Shown here piece by piece: positions 55,060 to 64,000 of a stretch of DNA of 64,000 bases. A program made the position numbers and the translations under genes. The stretch lies in NCBI RefSeq assembly GCF_009914755.1, contig NC_060936.1, one strand, 5' to 3'. The notes beneath the pieces were generated by a model that did not search any database, was not told the DNA's origin, and saw only the letters and a list, made by a program, of their open reading frames with translations. Each line of letters opens with the position of its first letter. Position 1 is the stretch's first letter. This DNA comes from the human T2T-CHM13v2.0 reference genome, Homo sapiens.

Positions 55060-56464
55060 CTAGCTTCTATTCCGCCTTCTCTGACAAGCGTTCAGGAACC
55101 CACCCCACCCCCACCCCGTACTTTGGGTGTAGCCCATGTGATTTAAGTCTAGCCAATCAGAGCACTAAGGAGCTACAGTTCAGAGGTGATCATGAGACCC
55201 AGGTTCATCGAACTAGAGTGAATCCTGGGACTCAGCATGAGCGGCTGGGAAGAAACACACAAGTTTTTGTTGCAAGTCTGGAGCTGCTAGCAGACTTCAC
55301 ATACTGCCTGAGCATGAAGCAAAAATAAAGAGAGTGAAAAGAATGAGAGAGAATGGGAAAGAGTCTGCTGGTGACATTATTTGATCCTCTGAATGATGCC
55401 TCACTTAAATTCAAGATATATTCTTGGATTTTGTGCATTAACAAATTCCCTTTTTGAGCTTAAGCCTGCTTGATTTATCTATCATTTGCAACCAAAGGAA
55501 CATTAACCAATAAATACATTTCACTGTATATCTGTGTCTATATATCTGTATGTATTTCATTTTACCAAGGTGTCTCCCTACTAACCATAATTCTTTGAGG
55601 GCAGTAGATGCTCAATATTTGTCAAATGAATTCAGCTGAAGGGTGTTTTGAAGGAGACTGACCTTAGAGGAGGGACATTTTAGGAAGGCTAATGGACTTA
55701 GTGTGAGATGTGATCAAGGGACTCAACCAAGTTGAAGAGTAGGATTGAAAGGGAAGGGACAAATACCAAAGAAAGATTTAACAAGGCAGTGATACAGAGT
55801 GGGGTGGAGCAATAGTTAGATTAAAGCCTGAGTGCTACCCTGTTCTGCGTATTTGTTTCTTTTGGTGTCTCTTTAGCAGCCAGCCTAAATTAAAAGTTTA
55901 TTGTGCTGGCTGATTATTGCCTGTCTAAATCACCCGTCTCTGTTAGTTTATCACAAGTGAAAAAATTAATGATAGAGAATCAGAGACTCACATATAAGCA
56001 AATAAGCATGATTATTATAAGAAAGAGCTTTTATTAAACAATACTTTCAGGTCTTCATAAGAATAGGGGTAGAATTTCAGAGACCCACATAACTCAGTGT
56101 GCAGTAAATGCTGCTCCTGGGCAACTTAATGGAGCATAAACTGCCAGCAACGGTCCCAATTGAAATGGAGACTGGAAGGTGAAGTTGTCCTTCCTTTCTG
56201 TAACCACCAGGCAAGAGGACACTTGTAAGGTGTGAGTAGCAGCACCCAAAAACCAGCTGCAGGACTCAGTGGAAGGGAGGAATAAGGTCACTCTTAAAAT
56301 CCTATCACCTCACATAGAAAAATAGCTAAGTCCTAATTAAGCTCAACATCGCCACTCTCAGCTTATCCCTGAGACAGGTCAGGAGAAGAGGGACCATTTG
56401 CTTTGCTCTGGGATTGTTGCACTTCTGCAATCTGACTTTGTAAAAAAAAAAAAAATTAATTTAA

Positions 56465-57220
<756 letters not shown>

Positions 57221-57329
57221 AACTTCCTGTGTTTTAAAAATCCTCCCAGTTGGGGCCAGTGCCCTAACCTAATGGATGCACAATGAGCCAGTTGAATGTG
57301 GCCTCTTTTAGTCAAAAGGAAAGATTCTT

Positions 57330-58456
57330 TTTTTTTTTCCAAGTATTTCTTTATTTATATTACTAGGCTTAAGTTACATGAAGAAAGACAACTAAGCAGT
57401 TCTGCCCATTTCAGAAAAAGTTTCCAATCATCACCAATTATGTGACAACAAATAACTAGGAATGGTGACAGCTTTGGGTCAAGACCAACAAGGAAGAATG
57501 GGCTCTGGTGCTACAGTTCATTTCCAACAAGAATATGGCACACCAGCCAGCACAGCCATGCTAACACTGGGCCTTCAGTGCCAAGCACAGATTCAGATCT
57601 ATTCTCTGAAGTTAGCAAATCAAGTGAAATAACTGGAATTTTTTTTAAGTTTAAAATGAAGCCCAAGTAAGTTTAAAACCATACTCTTGTCATATTTTCC
57701 TTTCAAAATTCACATAAAACACACTTTTCATGCCAATAGCCCAGATATTTTTTCTTACATAACCCACTATGTAGCTGCAGACAGACTCTTCTACCTCAAG
57801 ATGTAAACACAGGGGAAAAAATTAATGGCCATCTGTCTAATATTCTCTCTATACACTGCTGTTGGATGGAAAATACAAAATTTTGTTTTAAAGGTTCCAT
57901 CTTAGATTCTCGCAACCTGCAGGTCATACATCTGACTCTGATGCTAAGGTGACAGTGAATGTCACCTGATGTTTGTTTTCAGTAAGGGGGATCTGGGAAG
58001 GATGAATTTATCTCTTTTTCTTCAAGAATTATCAGATGATACATGCTCCTCAGAGCCTTCACTCTCTTGAACTTCAGCACTTTCCAGGATCACACAGCCT
58101 TCCTTATAACATGGCTATCTCCAGTGGCAAATTCATAAATCCACCCCGGTTTGCTATTGCAACTTTTGCAGCTCACATCTTGAACCCTGTGGCTGCCAGT
58201 GAGCATGACCAGATCTTAAAGTTCACTGCACAGCAGGTTAACGACCTTGTTAAAAGGCCAGGGCGCCTGTGAACTGAGTGGAGATGAGTTCTGGGCGGTT
58301 GGTCAGGATCATGTCAGTTTGCACAGGAACACAGACAGGTACCACCGATATGATCAAGGAAAATTCTGCCCATTTTTATAGCTGAAGTTCTAAAATCTCT
58401 GAGTGGCGATGAGATCCATGGCTGCCAGATCTCCTCGCCTGGGATGAAGGCCCCAG
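57330..58456 (-). pseudogene. YPEL5P3: YPEL5 processed pseudogene (former CDS 58373-58022)
   Basis: Minus strand reads MGRIFLDHIGGT...[19 protein letters not shown]...EEHVSSDNS*; intronless; frameshifts and stops; 3'UTR with AATAAA (57350-57355) and poly(A) remnant (57328-57338); candidate TSD GATTCTT. The P-number is from memory. Confidence 0.93.
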
Positions 58457-58491
58457 GATTCTTGACAGTTAATTAAAACCAGAATTCATAC

Positions 58492-59290
58492 TGAAGCAGG
58501 AAATTTTCCCTGACCCCTCACAGGAGGGGGAGTGCAGGTGAGTGGGTGCAGGAATTGGGGCGAGTGCTTTGGGGCGCTGGCAGGAGCAAAACTCCATGAG
58601 GCCCTGCAGCACGGTCTAGTGGGGTACCCATGACTCCTGAAGCCCCAGAAAGAGTGTTACAGTGCTCTTTTAGCGTTGCCATCTGTGGACAGCTTAAGTG
58701 TTAATAACTCAGTGGAAAGTCAGTGTGACAGCCTTTTGCACTCGCACCCAAGTTCTCGTTCGACATCTAGGAGGAATGAGGTCACACAACAAATTGGAGG
58801 TGGTATATGTGGGGGATTTTATTGCCAGTGAAAGTGGCTCTCTGCAGAAAGGGGAGCTGAAAAAGGGACAGAGCAGGAAGGTAATCTTCCCCTGAAGTCC
58901 AGCCGTCCCTGCTGGACTCCTCTCGAAAGCTACAACGTCAAGCCGTCCGGTGTCCTTATAAGAAAACAGCCTTGCTGGTTGCGGTGGCTCACGCCTGTAA
59001 TCCCAGCACTTTGGGAGGCAGAGCAAGAGAGAGCTAAGGTGGAGGTGCTGCACACTTTTAAGTCAAGCTGCTTCTCCTCTCTGCCGGCTGAGTTCTGGGG
59101 TTACTATAGACACAAGATGGGGGCAGGGCAGGCTGTGGGTGGTTTTGGAAAAGGCAACATTCCAGCAGGAAAACAGGGATGTAAGTTTTCACTTTGGGCC
59201 GCGGTATTACGCTTTTCACCTTGAGGCCGGGGCCGTCGCTGGGGACCCACCCTCTTCTGCCCAGAATTTTTCTGCATCCTGTCCCTGTCA
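58492..59290 (-). mobile_element. ERV1 solo LTR (MER50-like)
   Basis: TG...CA ends; 4-bp TSD ATAC; minus strand begins tgacagggacaggatgcagaaaaattctgggcagaagaggg. Confidence 0.85.
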
Positions 59291-59605
59291 ATACGGAATA
59301 AAATGGTACACTGCCATTTCGCGTTATTCATTTTTTTAAAAATACATATCCTTTAAGCTGGTTATTTACCTCTTTTTAAAAGGAAACTGTAAGGTCTTCC
59401 AGGGCAGGGAGTATGTCTGTAAAGCCTTCTAGAGCTGGGCTCCTTGCTTCCTGATCTCACTCTCTCACTGTCTGTAGGCTCTTGGGCAGGTTATTTAATT
59501 TCTTAGTGTCTCAATTTCCTCCTCTATAAAACAGAGATAATAGTATTTAGCCCAGAGGGTTGTGGTGAAGTGTGAATCATTTCTCCATGTAAAACACATA
59601 GGACA

Positions 59606-59895
59606 GGCTGGGCATGGTGGCTCACGCCTGTAATCCCAGCACTTTAGGAGGCCTAGGCGGGTGGATCACCTGAGGTCAGGAGTTCAAGACCAGCCTGGGC
59701 AACATGGAGAAACCCCATCTCTACTGAAAATACAAAAATTAGCTGTGCGTGATGGCGCACACCTGTAATCCCAGTTACTCGGGAGACTGAGGCAGGAGAA
59801 TCACTTGAACCCGGGAGCGGAGGTTGCGGTGAGCCGAGATCGTGCCATTGCACTTAAGCCTGGGTTACAAGAGCGAAACTCTGTCTCAAAACAAA
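59606..59895 (+). mobile_element. AluSp/Sq-like inserted in a MIR
   Basis: TSD ACACATAGGACA. Confidence 0.94.
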
Positions 59896-60262
59896 ACACA
59901 CATAGGACAGAGCTCAGCACAGAGTAGACATTAAGGATTATATCCTTTGCTTGGCACAATACCTTGCACAGGGCAGGCACGCAACAGATGTCTCTGGAAT
60001 GAAGGAATGAATGAGTGAATGACTGGGTTAAGCATGTTGCCACCAGGTGGCAGAAGAGCCTCACTATCAAGGCAGAACCCAAACACGAGACTCATGAGAA
60101 CTCCCTCCTGAAGTCCAGATACACATTGAAAAAAAATAAAAAAAGCACTGAACCCCATTTAGGCCTTGAAGTGAAGTTCCTCTTCTCTCTTGCCCTTCCT
60201 TTCTCTCCCATCTCTGCTCACTCTCTGCTGTAATGAACCATTTCTTTCTTTCCCACTTAATA

Positions 60263-61068
<806 letters not shown>

Positions 61069-61689
61069 CGTACCTTTCATTTTTTAATTCCTAATTCTCA
61101 CACTTCCTACCAATGTGGTTTTTCATTCTTACTCTCTTGTTATTCCCACTCTTCCCCCGACCCCCATCCGCCATCCCTCAATCTTTATATGGCTTTTCTA
61201 GGGCTAGTTGTATTTATTGTAAACTGAAAACTCCAGGGGGCACCATTCATGCCATAGTCAGCATAGGTTTGCATATGTATTATGACAATGTTGAGGCTGA
61301 TGGCAGCAACATGTCTTGAGGAAGGGGAGTCTTTTTCTCATTCACACAAAGGTGCTGGCCCCTTCGTTTTCCTCTGTTGTTTTCCTGTCCTCCTCCCCAT
61401 CATTCTCTTTCTTCAGCCTTTCTCTCTCTTTCCTTACTCTCCTCTTCAGGCTGAACCTGCTCCATGTCCGTAAAGAGATGATTTAATTCATCGCACCACA
61501 CATTCATCCAGTAATTTTGGTGGGCCAGGCCCTTTGTGGGTGCCAGATGGTTCACCCTATTCTTGCACCTTTAAAGGAATCGGTCCATTTACACCCTAGA
61601 GGTCAATACCCAATGGAATGTGCCTCCAACATCCTTGGATCATTCATGGTCTTCATTTACCTTGGAGCAGACATTAAGACTCAAGCATT

Positions 61690-62008
61690 GGCCGGGTGCG
61701 GTGGCTCACGTCTGTAATACCAGCACTTTGGGAGGCCGATGTGGGTGGATCACAAGGTCAGGAGTTCAAGACCAGCCTGGCCAACATGGTGAAACCCCAT
61801 CTCTACTAAAAATACAAAAATTAGCTGGGCATGGTGGCACGTGCCTGTAATCCCAGCTACTCGAGAGGCTGAGGCAGGAGAATTGCTTGAACTGGGACCT
61901 GGGAGGCGGAGGTAGCAGTGAGCTAGATCGCGCCATTGCACTCCAGCCTGGGCTACAGAATGAGACTCTGTCTCAAACACAAAAACAAACAAACAAAAAA
62001 CAACAAAA
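61690..62008 (+). mobile_element. AluS
   Basis: TSD AAGACTCAAGCAT. Confidence 0.94.
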
Positions 62009-62644
62009 AGACAAGACTCAAGCATGGAGGAGAAGAGAAGAGAATATAATCCAATAACATAAACTAATGTTTATTGAACACTTGTGTGCTGCACACAGTT
62101 CTCATCTCTCTCTATGCATGACATTTAATCATCAAAACTGCCTTCTCATTTTGTAGATGAGAAAACTAAGCTGCAGAGAACGTGGCAGAGACTCCTCCTG
62201 GTTTCCTAACTTCCATTTTCTTTTCCTTTATTTAAATAACAGGAGCTCATGAGTTTTGGCTGGGCACATGGCTGCCCAAGGAGAGCCGACATTTCCCAGC
62301 CTCCCTTGCAGTTTGATGTGGCCATATAACTGCATTCTAGACACCTGAGGTGTGAGTGGAAATGATGTCTGCAATTTCAGAGTTCCATCCTTAAAGGGAA
62401 GCTGCTTGCCTCTATGTCCTCTTTTCCTTGTCCCCAGGCTGGGACAGGGTTAGGGGAGTAGTGAGGCAGCTTTGACAGGAGGGTGAGGACAGGAAGCTGG
62501 GGAAGAGCAGAGCAACCACTGGAAGGAAGCTTCACACTCACTCCCCACCCACTCACTACTCACCCAGAGCAACTTCCCATCCTGCAAACTCCAATCACGG
62601 GAAGTATCCTATAGAGGGGTATCCTTTTTAAAGAAAAAAAACCT

Positions 62645-62924
62645 TTGATACCATATTTTTACTGTACTTTTTCTACGTTTGTATATGTTTAGATATACAA
62701 ATACCATTGTGTTGCAATTACCTACAGTATTCAGTACAGTAACGTGCTGTTCAGGTTTGCAGCCTAGAGCAATAGGCTACACCATATAGCCTAGGTGTAT
62801 AGTAGGCTATACCATCTAGGTTTGTGTAAGTACTGAACACTCCATGATGTTTGCACAACGGTCAAATTGACAAGTGACACATATCTTGGAACATATCCCT
62901 GTTGTTAAGTGACACTTGACTGTA
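62645..62924. mobile_element. Tigger3/MER7 fragment
   Basis: gcaataggctacaccatatagcctaggtgtatagtaggctataccatctagg; TIR ...tgactg followed by TA. Confidence 0.85.
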
Positions 62925-62989
62925 TTTCTATTTGGGGGAACAGAGCATTGGGAAAGAAAACAGAAGGACCCATTGCCTTGAAGGAAGGA

Positions 62990-63505
62990 TGGTAGACGGA
63001 ATAATGTCCACCCTGGCCTCCCAAAGACGTCCAAGTCCTAATTCCTGGAAATATGAGTATGTTACTTTACTTGGCAAACGGGACTTTGCAGATGTGCTTC
63101 AAGTCAGGAAGTTGAGATGGGGAGATTGTCCTGGATGATTTGGGTGGACCCCATCAAATCTCAGGGGGCTCTCTAAGGGAAAGATGAAGGTGGGAGCGTG
63201 AGAGCCAGATAAGACACTGTGATGATGGAAGCAGAGGAGAGAGAGAAGATGCTACACTGTGGGCCTTAAAGAGAGAAGAAGGGGCCCTGATCCGAAGAAT
63301 GCAGCTTCTAGAAGCTGGAAAAGGCAAGGAAATGGAATCTGCCCTAGAACCTCACTAGGAATGAATCGCAGCTGACACCTTGCTTTTAGCTAAGTTAAAC
63401 CCATTTTGGACTTCTGACCTCCAGACCTATAAAATACTACACTTGTGTTTTTTTAAGCCATCAAATGTGTAGTAATTTGTTAGAGAAGCAATAGGAAATA
63501 ATAGA
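62990..63505 (+). mobile_element. MLT1D-like LTR
   Basis: gggactttgcagatgtg...ctagaagctggaaaaggcaaggaaatgga...gcaataggaaa. Confidence 0.85.
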
Positions 63506-63848
63506 GAGTGTGATAGGGTCCCTATGGGGAACGAGTGGCGCACATATAGGACATAACTGACCAAAGTTTAATGAGACACTGTGTTTTACAGAGGCTTGGC
63601 CAGGGTTAAAGGCGAACAAACAGGATGAGAAATCACCAAGGCATTAGCAGCAGCAACGAGCCAGCACCTCCCTGAGGCTTGAAGGGCAACGGGAAAGGAA
63701 AGGTGTTACTAGAGACCAGTGAGAGGAGTCATGGCAGAGGCCACCCAACAGAAGTAGTGGCCACAAAGGTGGGACTGTGGGTTGAACAGATCCCCAGAGG
63801 TGTCTGTTATGCACAGTAAGCTCCAACAGTGAAAAATCATTTATAAAG

Positions 63849-64000
63849 GGCCGAGGACAGTGGCTTGCACCTGCAATCCCAGCACTTTGGGAGGTCATGG
63901 TGGGCAGATTGCTTAAGCCCAGGAGTTCCAGACCAGCCTGGGCAACATGGCAAAACACCATCTCTACTAAAAATTTAAAAACTTAGTTAGGTGTGGTGGC
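63849..64000 (+). mobile_element. AluJ (truncated by window edge)
   Basis: Left arm plus linker. Confidence 0.92.

Noticed and set aside
58036-58272. 78-aa + strand ORF
   Set aside because: Antisense shadow of the YPEL5 pseudogene CDS

Overview
Primate (almost certainly human, chr12q23) genomic DNA. The left half holds the leukotriene A4 hydrolase gene LTA4H on the minus strand. Coding exons 1-18 were mapped by hand: all have GT-AG boundaries, phases are consistent, and they total 1718 nt. Exon 19 lies off the left edge. The CpG-island promoter (~33.0-34.1 kb) sits head-to-head with an intact tRNA-Asp(GTC) gene. About 8 kb upstream is a candidate alternative first coding exon (41284-41370) with a perfect donor, apparently derived from an L2 element. 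The rest is transposon-dense: about 35 Alus, L1/L2/MIR fragments, MaLR and ERV1 solo LTRs with visible target-site duplications (TSDs), and Tigger/MER DNA transposons. A disabled YPEL5 processed pseudogene (57.3-58.5 kb) is missed by the ORF track. I found no convincing wholly new biological system. The best leads are RNA-processing hypotheses: a reconstituted 5' splice site at the exon 11/12 junction, an Alu-flanked 309-nt stop-free exon 7-10 circle, a promoter pyrimidine tract that doubles as a splice acceptor, and a duplication-created pseudoexon. Repeat subfamily names and reference-annotation statements are from memory and need RepeatMasker/GENCODE confirmation.
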